A DNA stretch of 61,350 nucleotides, from positions 1-61,350 of the forward strand of contig SHBL01000001.1 of assembly GCA_004321845.1 (NCBI GenBank), in the 5' to 3' direction. The translations under genes and the position numbers were made by a program. Positions 21,648-30,689 of the stretch are shown piece by piece (within the stretch, counting starts at the first letter, position 1; every line of letters begins with the position of its first letter). Source of the stretch: SAR86 cluster bacterium (GTDB lineage Bacteria; Pseudomonadota; Gammaproteobacteria; Magnimaribacterales; TMED112). The notes below the pieces were generated by a model. The model saw only the letters and a list, made by a program, of their open reading frames with translations. It ran no database searches and was not told the DNA's origin.

Positions 21648-21700
21648 GAATCGTTCATCCAACTTGGGACGGAAGTAAGCAAACTGCTGAAGGAACGCGC
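21646..21700 (+). promoter_or_regulatory. glutamine riboswitch (glnA RNA motif) aptamer
   Basis: GCGAAUCGUUCAUCCAACUUGGGACGGAAGUAAGCAAACUGCUGAAGGAACGCGC. It carries the hallmark strings CGUUCA.CC, GGACGGAAGUA and GAAGGAACGC, with P1 pairing CGUUC/GAACG. It lies in the 5' leader of an ammonium-uptake operon. Confidence 0.78.
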
Positions 21701-21766
21701 TTAATTTTCTATGTATAAGGTTTGATCCTTTTTTTTATTACGCATTTTTTTAAAAAGGAGATGTTT

Positions 21767-22363
21767 ATGAAAAAGGGAATGATGACATTAGTCATGTTTC
21801 TTACGTTTACGGTATTTGCAGATTTATCTGCAAACTTTACTTATTCGACTAACTATATTTGGCGAGGGATGACCCAGACAATGGATGATCCTGGCTATAG
21901 TGGTGGATTTGATTATGCAGATGAATCCGGTTTTTATGCTGGAACTTGGGGCTCTAATGTGGCATTTGGTGGTGCAGGTCTTGAGCTTGATACGTATGCT
22001 GGATATTCCAGTTCTACTGATGGTGGATTTGATTACGACGTTGGTTACATCAGCTACGCATATCCTAGTGCTGGAGGAGATTTTGAAGAATTCTATTTTT
22101 CTGGATCATATGAAGGTATAGGATTTTCATACTACTCGCCTACAGCAGGTGATGCAGACTATATGGAAGTTTCTTATTCTGATGATTATGTAGGTGTCTC
22201 ATATGGTGATTACAACGGCTATGGCACAAACTTCCTAGTTTCCTATGCTTTTCCTCTATGGGGATATGATGCATCTGTTGGTTATAGTGAGTTTGAAGCT
22301 GAAACAGGTTCAGGCATGGAAGATGAAGACGGTCTTTTCTTCAGTCTTGGTGCGTCATTTTAA
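21767..22363 (+). CDS. TorF/Gcw_chp-family putative outer-membrane beta-barrel (porin-like)
   Basis: Signal peptide MKKGMMTLVMFLTFTVFA, then ANFTYSTNYIWRGMTQT...GFYAGTWGSNV and a Gly/Tyr/Ser/Asp-rich barrel-like composition. AAGGAG lies 6 nt upstream of the ATG at 21767. Confidence 0.7.
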   Translation: MKKGMMTLVMFLTFTVFADLSANFTYSTNYIWRGMTQTMDDPGYSGGFDYADESGFYAGTWGSNVAFGGAGLELDTYAGYSSSTDGGFDYDVGYISYAYPSAGGDFEEFYFSGSYEGIGFSYYSPTAGDADYMEVSYSDDYVGVSYGDYNGYGTNFLVSYAFPLWGYDASVGYSEFEAETGSGMEDEDGLFFSLGASF

Positions 22364-22391
22364 TCAAATTATTTTATAGGAGATAATCACT

Positions 22392-23672
22392 ATGGATGAA
22401 TTAGCGTTTGGTTTAAATACCTTTTACTTCGTTATGATGGGTGCACTTGTTATGTGGATGGCAGCAGGATTTACTATGCTCGAAGCAGGACTTGTCAGAA
22501 AGAAGAACACTGCGGAAATAGTTACCAAAAATATCGGATTATATTCAATTGCTTCTGTGATGTTTATGGTTTGTGGTTACTCAGCATTATATGCCTCTGG
22601 AGGAAATGGTGTATTGCCAGAATTTACCTTTGATTTTATGCACACAGAACCTGGATCTACTGAGGTAGAGTATGTAGATGGTGCAGTATATGCGGCGGGA
22701 GCATCTGACTTCTTCTTTCAAGTTGTATTTGTAGCTACAGCCGTATCGATCATATCTGGTGCAGTTGCAGAACGAATGAATCAATGGCCATTTTTTGCTT
22801 TAGCAGCTTTTGTGGCTGGATTCGTTTATCCAGTTCAGGGATACTGGAATTGGGGCGGAGGATTCCTCAAAACTGCGGTTGAAGACGGAGGATATGGCTA
22901 CATTGACTTTGCCGGCTCAGGTACTGTTCACCTACTTGGTGCAGCTTGTGCCCTTGCAGCAGCAATTTTCATTGGGCCTCGAATGGGCAAATACGGAAAA
23001 GTGACTGGTAAAATTGCTGGGATTTTTCCTAAAGCAAAAACAAATAAGCTTTATGGTGCGAATATGCCAATAGCAGCCCTGGGTACTTTTATTTTATGGC
23101 TAGGTTGGTTTGGATTTAATGGTGGATCTTGGTTGTCTGCACATACAGCAGAAGCTGCGCATGGATTCTCACATGTTGTCATGAATACAAATGCAGCAGC
23201 CGCAGGTGGGGTTGTAGCCTGTCTTATAGTAGCTAGAGTCTTTTTCAAGAAAACTAACTTAATTTACGCATTAAATGGTGCTATTGGTGGTTTAGTGGCT
23301 ATTACAGCAGGACCAGATACACCAACAGTGTTTGAAGCAACAATGATTGGTGCAACAGGAGGTTTGCTTTGTTATGGCTCTTTAGTTGCATTTGAACAAT
23401 TCTTTAAAGTCGATGATCCAGTTGGAGCTATATCTGCACATGGTACTGCAGGCTTATTTGGTGTAATGGTAGTTCCATTAACAAATGATGCTGCAACCTT
23501 TACAGGACAAGCTGCAGGAGTAGTATCAATAGCCGTCTGGGGATTTGTTCTTACTTACGTATTTTTATTCTTACTTAATTTCTTAGCTCCAGTAACAGCT
23601 TCAGAAGCTATTCAGAAGAAGGGATTAGATGCTGAGGAAATAGGAATAGAAGCTTATCCGGAATTTAATTAA
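22392..23672 (+). CDS. amt: ammonium transporter (Amt family)
   Basis: 426 aa, polytopic. Contains AGFTMLEAGLVRKKN and DFAGSGTVHLLG Amt signatures. Confidence 0.93.
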   Translation: MDELAFGLNTFYFVMMGALVMWMAAGFTMLEAGLVRKKNTAEIVTKNIGLYSIASVMFMVCGYSALYASGGNGVLPEFTFDFMHTEPGSTEVEYVDGAVYAAGASDFFFQVVFVATAVSIISGAVAERMNQWPFFALAAFVAGFVYPVQGYWNWGGGFLKTAVEDGGYGYIDFAGSGTVHLLGAACALAAAIFIGPRMGKYGKVTGKIAGIFPKAKTNKLYGANMPIAALGTFILWLGWFGFNGGSWLSAHTAEAAHGFSHVVMNTNAAAAGGVVACLIVARVFFKKTNLIYALNGAIGGLVAITAGPDTPTVFEATMIGATGGLLCYGSLVAFEQFFKVDDPVGAISAHGTAGLFGVMVVPLTNDAATFTGQAAGVVSIAVWGFVLTYVFLFLLNFLAPVTASEAIQKKGLDAEEIGIEAYPEFN

Positions 23673-23769
23673 GTATGAGCGAGAAAAGATCTGTTATTAC
23701 TCTCATTGTTTACCCCCTAATGTAATAGTTTTTTCTCGCTTTAACTTAGTTAAATAAAAAAAATTTATT

Positions 23770-23807
23770 AAGATGGTTTTATGAAATATAAAACCATCTT
23801 TTTTTTA
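23770..23807 (+). terminator. rho-independent terminator-like hairpin downstream of amt, enclosing the amidase start codon
   Basis: aagatggtttta / taaaaccatctt 12-bp stem with an 8-nt loop, followed by a T8 run. The ATG at 23781 spans the 3' end of the 5' stem arm and the first loop base. Confidence 0.5.
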
Positions 23808-25307
23808 TTTTTATCCACTTTTCTGATTGGTTCAGAGTCAATTCAATATCTATCAATTTCAGAGTTTCAAAAATCAATAGAGAATAGTGAGAATAAAAAA
23901 GTTTTCCTTAAATTTTATATAGAAAAAATTAACGAGTTAGACAAAGAAACAAACTCAATAATTTCTCTTTATAGTGCTGACAAACTTTATAAGTCTTATG
24001 TTTATGGTAAGAATAAGGATTGGCAAGGTATCCCAATACTTCTCAAAGACAATATTGATACAAAGGGTTTAGCAAATACTGCAGGATCAATTTCTTTGAT
24101 TGATAACTTCCCACGCAATGATGCTCAATTAGTTAGAAATTTAAAAAAATCTGGTTTCCTTATCCTAGGAAAAGCTAATTTATCAGAATGGGCAAATTTT
24201 AGAGGCGAGAACTCTGTAAGTGGATGGTCAAGTTATGGCGGGCAAACAAGAAATCCATACAACCTTGAGCTTAGTCCTTGTGGTTCAAGCTCAGGCAGTG
24301 CAGTAGCAGTTGCTCTAGGATTGGTGCCTGTATCAATAGGTACTGAAACTAATGGCTCAATAACCTGTCCTGCTTCAATTAATGGTGTTGTGGGTATAAA
24401 ACCTACCGTTGGACTAGTTAGTAGATATGGAATAATACCTATTTCCTCTACCCAAGATACTGCTGGACCGCTAGCTAAAAGTGTATTAGATGCAGCAATA
24501 GTTCTTCAAGCAATTGCAGGAAAAGACCCTAAAGATAAATATACGCATTCAATACCAAGCGATTATAATTTTGATGCTCTTACAAGATTAGATAAAAATT
24601 ATTTGAATAATAAAAGAATAGGTTTAATTACGCCAAATCAAAATGCACCAGATGAAGCATTTAGATTGATTGAAAAAGTTAAGCAACAACTAAAATTACT
24701 TGGAGCTGAAGTAATTGAAGTAAGTTTTGCTCCAGTGCCTCAAAACTTTTGGTCCTCTGCTTTATTCGTCCTTCAACATGAGTTTTACATAGGGCTTAAT
24801 AGTTACCTAAAAAAATCTAAATCAAAAATGCAGGACATGGAATCAGTTATAAATTTCAATAAATCAAATTCTGAGCAAGTTATGAGCTTCTATGGGCAAG
24901 AATATTTTATTAAAAGTGTTGATTCTGCTCCAGGAAAAACTATTGGAGACATTAGAACTGAAATTATATATCAAGAGTCTTTAGAAACTCTTGACTACGC
25001 TAAAAGAGCTATTGATAGTGCATTGGTTAATAATAAATTGGATGCTCTCGTAGGTCTAACCAGAAATACTGCTTGGAAAATTAATTATGAAACTGGAGAT
25101 GCTTTTGAGAACAGCTGGGGCAATGGAGCCTTATCAGCAATATCAGGCTACCCTCATATTACAATCCCTTTAGATTTTTCAGATAACCTCCCAACTGGAG
25201 TATCTTTTATGGGTGCAGCATGGGATGAGGTTAAACTACTTAATTTGGCTTATTCATTCGAGCAATATAACAACTTTTTACCTAGACCAATTCAAGACAA
25301 GAATTGA
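23781..25307 (+). CDS. secreted amidase (amidase-signature family)
   Basis: 508 aa. Signal-peptide-like N-terminus; AS-family Gly/Ser-rich motif GSSSGSAVAVA and a catalytic-type TQDTAGP region. Confidence 0.8.
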   Translation: MKYKTIFFLFLSTFLIGSESIQYLSISEFQKSIENSENKKVFLKFYIEKINELDKETNSIISLYSADKLYKSYVYGKNKDWQGIPILLKDNIDTKGLANTAGSISLIDNFPRNDAQLVRNLKKSGFLILGKANLSEWANFRGENSVSGWSSYGGQTRNPYNLELSPCGSSSGSAVAVALGLVPVSIGTETNGSITCPASINGVVGIKPTVGLVSRYGIIPISSTQDTAGPLAKSVLDAAIVLQAIAGKDPKDKYTHSIPSDYNFDALTRLDKNYLNNKRIGLITPNQNAPDEAFRLIEKVKQQLKLLGAEVIEVSFAPVPQNFWSSALFVLQHEFYIGLNSYLKKSKSKMQDMESVINFNKSNSEQVMSFYGQEYFIKSVDSAPGKTIGDIRTEIIYQESLETLDYAKRAIDSALVNNKLDALVGLTRNTAWKINYETGDAFENSWGNGALSAISGYPHITIPLDFSDNLPTGVSFMGAAWDEVKLLNLAYSFEQYNNFLPRPIQDKN

Positions 25308-26097
25308 GTCTTAATTTAATAACATCAAGACTTAAGTTGTTAGGTAGGTTTATTGATTTTTTTATATCTATTAATTTTTCTAGATTTATCAGGGATTCTT
25401 TGCTGTTTGATGTAACTCTACCTTTTTCAAGAAATATAAGATAATCAGTAAATTCTGAAATTTCATTTTTATCTTTTGATTGAATATTTCTGTTTTTCAA
25501 ATATAAATCATATTTCTCTATTTTTATTAATATTTCATCAATAGGTTTTTTAAGTTCACTTGGATTTTCTGTTAAAAAACATAGTGCATGTTCAGATAAA
25601 TCAAAGGATTTGGACAGAATATATTCTTTTACTTCTGGCACTGATGGTCTTGGAACTCTTGCTGTATGAAATCGACTTTTAATTGTTGCTGGAATCTGAG
25701 AAATATTATTAGTTGAAATGAATATAAAAGTATTAGGGCCAGTGTCCTCTGCAACTTTAAGCAATGAATTGTATCCGTCTACTCTAATATCTTCACCCCC
25801 TTGAATAAAGAGCAGTCTATTATTTGCAGTGCTTAGGTTGAGAAAGTCTCTTGGTTCCCTAAGATCAGATATTGGGATGTTGCTTTTTTCAGGGTCTTTT
25901 TTTAAAAAATAAAAGTTAGGTGAGGCTATATTTTCTAATTCGTAATTTGAGTAATCTCTACTATCTGTTTTGGAAATTATTGTTTTAACTATATTTCTTG
26001 AAATTTCGTTTATATTTTGTCCATCTGGACCACATAAGATTGTTTTAGGCTCTATGTTTCCTATTTTTTCAAGAAATTTTTTATCCCAAGGAAGCAT
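25282..26097 (-). CDS. holB: DNA polymerase III delta-prime subunit (short, divergent)
   Basis: YNSLLKVAEDTGPNTFIFISTNNISQIPATIKSRF parallels E. coli HolB ANALLKTLEEPP...LLATLRSRC. Conserved position after tmk. Confidence 0.72.
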   Translation of the reverse strand: MLPWDKKFLEKIGNIEPKTILCGPDGQNINEISRNIVKTIISKTDSRDYSNYELENIASPNFYFLKKDPEKSNIPISDLREPRDFLNLSTANNRLLFIQGGEDIRVDGYNSLLKVAEDTGPNTFIFISTNNISQIPATIKSRFHTARVPRPSVPEVKEYILSKSFDLSEHALCFLTENPSELKKPIDEILIKIEKYDLYLKNRNIQSKDKNEISEFTDYLIFLEKGRVTSNSKESLINLEKLIDIKKSINLPNNLSLDVIKLRLNSCLELV

Positions 26098-26698
26098 TTA
26101 GTTTTTCAATTGTTTTAAGTGTAATCTCATCTTTCAATTCATCAATGCTTTTAGTTGCATCCAAAGATATAACTCTTTCTGGGTTTTCAGATACTATCTC
26201 TAGATATCCTTTTCTCACTTTATCAAAAAATTCAATTGACTCACTTTCCATTCTATCCATTGCTCTATTAGATATCCTTTCTCGAGACATTTCAGCAGTA
26301 ATATCCATGTAAAAAGTTAAATCTGGGGTTAATAAATCTGAGCTGTTATGAATAAAATCTATAAAATCTTTACTTAAACCCTTACCAAAACATTGATAGG
26401 CAAACGTTGCATCTGAATATCTATCAGCAATTACAATGTAATCTTGACTGATCTTTTCTCTTAAGAAATTTTGATCTAGATGTTTCCTTGACGCATAAAG
26501 CAAAAGAGCTTCTGTAATAGGATCAACTTTTTCCACAGTATCTTGAAGAAAAATATCTCTTATTTTTTCTCCCATAAGAGTGGTCCCAGGTTCTCTTAGC
26601 TTAGCAACCTTATGTCCTAACTTTTTTAAATGTGATTCTAATAGATCAATTTGAGTAGATTTTCCTGACCCCTCAATTCCTTCAAATGAAATAAACAC
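26081..26698 (-). CDS. tmk: thymidylate kinase
   Basis: 205 aa with P-loop FISFEGIEGSGKSTQ. Confidence 0.9.
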   Translation of the reverse strand: MFISFEGIEGSGKSTQIDLLESHLKKLGHKVAKLREPGTTLMGEKIRDIFLQDTVEKVDPITEALLLYASRKHLDQNFLREKISQDYIVIADRYSDATFAYQCFGKGLSKDFIDFIHNSSDLLTPDLTFYMDITAEMSRERISNRAMDRMESESIEFFDKVRKGYLEIVSENPERVISLDATKSIDELKDEITLKTIEKLNASLG

Positions 26699-26706
26699 GA
26701 TATATA

Positions 26707-27744
26707 TTATTTACTGTAAATATATTTTTTTACAGCTTTATTATGTTCCTCGTATGTTTTTGAAAAGATATGTGACCCATCGCCTTTAGCAACAAAGAAG
26801 AAAAAATCACCAGGAGAAGACTTTATTGCAGCATCTATTGCGCCTTTAGATGGATAACAAATTGGTCCTGGTGGAAGTCCCTTTACCTGATAAGTGTTAT
26901 AAAGATTTTTATCATCTAGCACTGCTCTACCAATTTTTTTCCCATAATCCTGATAATAGCCATATGAGGAAGTTGGATCAGCTTGTAATTTCATATTTAT
27001 ATTTAATCTTGCAAGAAATACTGAGGCAATTGTTGCTTGTTCAGAAGCTAAAACTGCCTCTCTCTCAATAATAGAGGCAAGAATTAGTGCTTCTTGTTGA
27101 GACTTTAACGGGTTATTTTTGGGCTTGTTTTGCCATGTTCTTTCTAAGTACTCATCAAGGTATGACTGAGAATTAACCAAAACTTCAACCAAGTCTTGTT
27201 CATCGCTAAAGAAATAAGTGTCTGGCATAATTAAGCCCTCTTTGGAGAAGATCTCTTTCACCTCTGTGGGTACATTAAATTGTAAATTTTGACTTTGAAT
27301 TATGTCATCTAAACTATTTAAACTTTTCTTAGCTACTGTGCCCTCAATAACAGCAAGCTTAAATAACTGCACATCACCTTCTTTAAAGCGTGTAATTAGC
27401 TCTGAGATGCTTGAATTAGCTGGTATGTTATATCTTCCAGCTTTTATTAAAGGGTGGTCTTTAAATAAGTATTTGAACCTAACCCACCATGTGCTGTAGA
27501 GGTTATATTCTTCCTCTATATCAGCAAGTATTCCATAAAGGCTATCGCCCTTCTCAACTATAAAAGTTTGGTTGTGATCTTGGATAGGAATCTTTTGCTC
27601 AAGTGCATAATGGAGCTTTAGGGATATAAACAAAAACCCAAGAACTAGGAAAAAAAGGAAAGTTTTCTTAGCTATTGTTTTGGATCCAATCGACGGCACT
27701 CTTAATTGTTGTGATATTTTCAGCTTCGTCATCTGGTATTTCAA
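26707..27744 (-). CDS. mltG: endolytic murein transglycosylase MltG (YceG)
   Basis: N-terminal TM segment, ASIIEREA and [14 protein letters not shown] motifs. The only canonical starts (27744 and 27732) lie inside the acpP 3' end. Confidence 0.8.
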   Translation of the reverse strand: MKYQMTKLKISQQLRVPSIGSKTIAKKTFLFFLVLGFLFISLKLHYALEQKIPIQDHNQTFIVEKGDSLYGILADIEEEYNLYSTWWVRFKYLFKDHPLIKAGRYNIPANSSISELITRFKEGDVQLFKLAVIEGTVAKKSLNSLDDIIQSQNLQFNVPTEVKEIFSKEGLIMPDTYFFSDEQDLVEVLVNSQSYLDEYLERTWQNKPKNNPLKSQQEALILASIIEREAVLASEQATIASVFLARLNINMKLQADPTSSYGYYQDYGKKIGRAVLDDKNLYNTYQVKGLPPGPICYPSKGAIDAAIKSSPGDFFFFVAKGDGSHIFSKTYEEHNKAVKKYIYSK

Positions 27745-27901
27745 GACCGAATTCCTCTTCGAATGCCATTACCAATTCAACAGTATCTAGTGAATCTGCC
27801 CCTAAATCTTCTACAAAGGAAGAATCTGATGTGACATCATCTTTATTAACACTTAGCTGATTGCAAACTATTTCTACAACTTTATCTAGAACTTCGCTCA
27901 T
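27668..27901 (-). CDS. acpP: acyl carrier protein
   Basis: 77 aa with the phosphopantetheine-site motif [20 protein letters not shown]. Confidence 0.95.
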   Translation of the reverse strand: MSEVLDKVVEIVCNQLSVNKDDVTSDSSFVEDLGADSLDTVELVMAFEEEFGLEIPDDEAENITTIKSAVDWIQNNS

Positions 27902-27933
27902 AATTACTCCTCAGTAAATTCGTAAAACATACA

Positions 27934-28635
27934 TTACTTCATAAATAGCCCGCCATCAACTACTAAAGTTTGGCCGGTTATATAATTTGATTCTTCGGAA
28001 GATAAAAAGTTCACTAGTGATGCTACATCTTCCACTTTTCCTGCTCTTTTAAGTGGGATCTTATCTAATATTTCTTGAGCTAAAATACCCTGTGTCATAT
28101 CGGTTTCAATAAACCCTGGTGCAATTGAATTTACTGTAATATTTCTGGAGCCCAACTCTTTAGCCAGAGACCTAGTAAAAGCGTCCACACCAGCTTTTGA
28201 TGCTGAATAGTTTGTTTGGCCTGGATTTCCCATTGAGCCTGAGATTGAACTTATATTTATTATTCTTCCCCATCTTCTTTTGAGCATACCTTTAACTACT
28301 AATTTAGTAATCTTGAATACTCCATTTAAATTTGTATTTATTACTTCATTCCAATCATCCTCAGACATTCTTAAAAAAAGATTGTCTTTGGTTATCCCTG
28401 CGTTATTAATCAAAATATTTGGTTCGAATTCCTCAACAGATACACTAAAAGCCTCTATCGAAGCATCATCAGAAATATCGAGATTAGCAACAGAAAGGTT
28501 TTCATGAGAAAAATCAAAATTTGAGGCATTTCGGCAAGTGGCAAGAACTTCATAACCATGCTCTAGTAAGCTTAGAACTATGCCTTTTCCTATTCCTCTG
28601 TTACCGCCTGTAACAATAACTTTCTTATTTACCAT
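27934..28635 (-). CDS. fabG: 3-oxoacyl-ACP reductase
   Basis: SDR with TGGNRGIGKG and YSASKAG motifs. I prefer the ATG at 28635 (MVNKKVIVTGG), 5 nt after the fabD stop. Confidence 0.9.
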   Translation of the reverse strand: MVNKKVIVTGGNRGIGKGIVLSLLEHGYEVLATCRNASNFDFSHENLSVANLDISDDASIEAFSVSVEEFEPNILINNAGITKDNLFLRMSEDDWNEVINTNLNGVFKITKLVVKGMLKRRWGRIINISSISGSMGNPGQTNYSASKAGVDAFTRSLAKELGSRNITVNSIAPGFIETDMTQGILAQEILDKIPLKRAGKVEDVASLVNFLSSEESNYITGQTLVVDGGLFMK

Positions 28636-29554
28636 ATTTATCAAGTAGTTCTTTAAATGTATCAATATTATCAAGAGATGAAAATGTTCCTTTAATTCTG
28701 TTTTGCTTTGCTAAGCTTGAAAGAACTTTATTAGGGCCAAATTCTATATGCTCATCAAGACCATATTTCTTCAATCTGTTCATTGATGATACCCACTGAA
28801 CAGGATTGGATATTTGTTCAGCAAGATTATTGCAAATCTCTTTAGTTGTTAATGGGATCTTTGCATGTAGGTTTTGTATCACTGGAAAACTTGGTTTTGC
28901 AAGATTAAGCTCATCTAAAACAAGTTTTAGTTTTGTGGAAGCAATATTCATTAAGCTTGAATGGGATGGCACAGATACTGCTAAATCAATAACTCTTTTA
29001 GCACCTTTATCAGCTAGTTCATTTTTTACTGCTTCAATCTCATCTGTATTACCTGCTATTACTGTTTGTAGTGGTGAATTTAAATTCACAGCCTCTAAAA
29101 ATTTAGCTTTTTTATCCGCTAATATTTTTTTAATACTTTCGCTATCCAGGCCAAGTACAGCTGACATCTTGGTCTTTGTATCCCCTTTGCTTTCTATCAT
29201 GAAAGTTGCTCGAAATTTTATAAACCTCAATGCATCTTTTACATTGAAACCACCAGCACATAAAAATGCAGACACCTCACCAAGGCTATGTCCTGCAGCC
29301 ACTTTTGGCATTGGGCATTTGTGCTTTTTCCAGATTTGAAAAAGCGAATAGCTCATCAACATTAATAAAGGTTGTGTGTAGTAGGTATCATTAAGCCTAG
29401 GGTCTTGAGTGAATATAATGCTTTTGAGATCTTCTTTATAGAATTCTTCACCAATAGCTAGAGTTTCTTGAAATTCAGGGAATTCTTGAAAATGCTCTTT
29501 GAACATTCCTGAATATTGAGCTCCCTGTCCAGGGAATAAGAATGAGAAAGCCAT
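28625..29554 (-). CDS. fabD: malonyl-CoA:ACP transacylase
   Basis: 309 aa. FLFPGQGAQ start and active-site GHSLGE. Confidence 0.9.
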   Translation of the reverse strand: MAFSFLFPGQGAQYSGMFKEHFQEFPEFQETLAIGEEFYKEDLKSIIFTQDPRLNDTYYTQPLLMLMSYSLFQIWKKHKCPMPKVAAGHSLGEVSAFLCAGGFNVKDALRFIKFRATFMIESKGDTKTKMSAVLGLDSESIKKILADKKAKFLEAVNLNSPLQTVIAGNTDEIEAVKNELADKGAKRVIDLAVSVPSHSSLMNIASTKLKLVLDELNLAKPSFPVIQNLHAKIPLTTKEICNNLAEQISNPVQWVSSMNRLKKYGLDEHIEFGPNKVLSSLAKQNRIKGTFSSLDNIDTFKELLDKYGK

Positions 29555-29560
29555 TAAAAT

Positions 29561-29770
29561 CTACTGTTGAATTTCTTCTTCAGATTCTTTTGATTTCTTT
29601 TTGAGATCTTTGACTAGCCTGCCTTTATAAAAACCATCTGCTGACATGTTATGTCTTAGATGTCTCTCACCTGAAACAGGGTCAGTAGCCAATGAATTGC
29701 TTGATAATGAGTCATGTGAACGTCTCATTCCAATTCTGCTTCTTGTTTTTTTACTTTTTTGTACAGCCAT
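29561..29770 (-). CDS. rpmF: 50S ribosomal protein L32
   Basis: [20 protein letters not shown] is a canonical L32 N-terminus. It carries a ~15-aa acidic/lysine C-terminal tail. Confidence 0.93.
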   Translation of the reverse strand: MAVQKSKKTRSRIGMRRSHDSLSSNSLATDPVSGERHLRHNMSADGFYKGRLVKDLKKKSKESEEEIQQ

Positions 29771-29847
29771 GAAGCATGCATTTTAAATCTTTTAATACTT
29801 ATTGTGAAGCATAATAATCAATTGAAATTATTTGTTAGAATAATAGT

Positions 29848-30165
29848 ATGTTAATCACAACCTCAGAGCATATTCCTGGAAAGAACATTATTAGCACAAT
29901 TGGTTATGTTAAAGGCAGTTCTGCAAGAGCTAGACACGCGGTAGCAGATATATTTGCTAGCCTTAAGAATATTGTTGGTGGCGAAGTGGAAGAATATTCA
30001 AGATTACTTCAACAAACGAGAGATCAAGCTGTAGAGAGGATGATGGCAGATGCAAAAAACAAAGGCGCTAATGCGATAATTTGTTTTCGCATACAAAGCA
30101 GCACTATCGCGCAAGGTGCATCTGAAGTCGTTGCTTACGGTACAGCTGTAACTATTGAAGACTAA
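29848..30165 (+). CDS. YbjQ/UPF0145-family protein
   Basis: 105 aa; MLITTSEHIPGK...GANAIICFRIQS pattern typical of YbjQ. Confidence 0.8.
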   Translation: MLITTSEHIPGKNIISTIGYVKGSSARARHAVADIFASLKNIVGGEVEEYSRLLQQTRDQAVERMMADAKNKGANAIICFRIQSSTIAQGASEVVAYGTAVTIED

Positions 30166-30689
30166 TAGGTATCTTCTTCTTCGAGAGGATTAGCTCCAAA
30201 CCTATTATCCTCGTAGCCACCTTTTCTCAAAAAAGCTAAACAATAAAGAAGAGTGACAAGATTTCCTGCTGCATCAAGCCTGACAGCTGCTGGCTCTACT
30301 GAAGGAAAAATTGCCATCCATATGCTCATAATACTGACAATGAAATAAGGAATTGCCCAATAGTAGCTTGCATCCAGGTCTTGTAACCTTCTGATAGTTA
30401 CAGCTAATGATGGTAAGAAGAAAACTAAAGCTAAAACGACTGCTGACAATCTAGTACCAATACCAAAACTTGAATCTAAAAGAAATTCTGTTGCTTGGCC
30501 CTCGTTTAAAGTTGCAACATACTCCCAATCAACACTTCCAAAAGTCGTAAAAGCTACTGCTGCACTTACCACGATCGATATAATTATGGTGAATAACAAG
30601 AAATACCACCATTCTGCTCTGCTTGCCCTACCGCTAAATGTAGAATATTTTTCTATTAATGCTGACTTTACTGCTTGACTAAAATTCAT
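30162..30689 (-). CDS. DUF805-family inner-membrane protein
   Basis: FSGRASRAEWWYFLLF motif followed by multiple TM helices. Confidence 0.7.
   Translation of the reverse strand: MNFSQAVKSALIEKYSTFSGRASRAEWWYFLLFTIIISIVVSAAVAFTTFGSVDWEYVATLNEGQATEFLLDSSFGIGTRLSAVVLALVFFLPSLAVTIRRLQDLDASYYWAIPYFIVSIMSIWMAIFPSVEPAAVRLDAAGNLVTLLYCLAFLRKGGYEDNRFGANPLEEEDTY

Noticed and set aside
21701-21740. Intrinsic terminator as the riboswitch expression platform (AAGG-UUUGAU-CCUU followed by U8).
   Set aside because: The stem is only 4 bp, too weak to call, so the mechanism is left open.
21885-22121. 78-aa alternative-frame ORF inside the porin gene. A similar case occurs at 22810-23004 inside amt.
   Set aside because: They are embedded in well-supported same-strand genes in another frame, with no independent signals.
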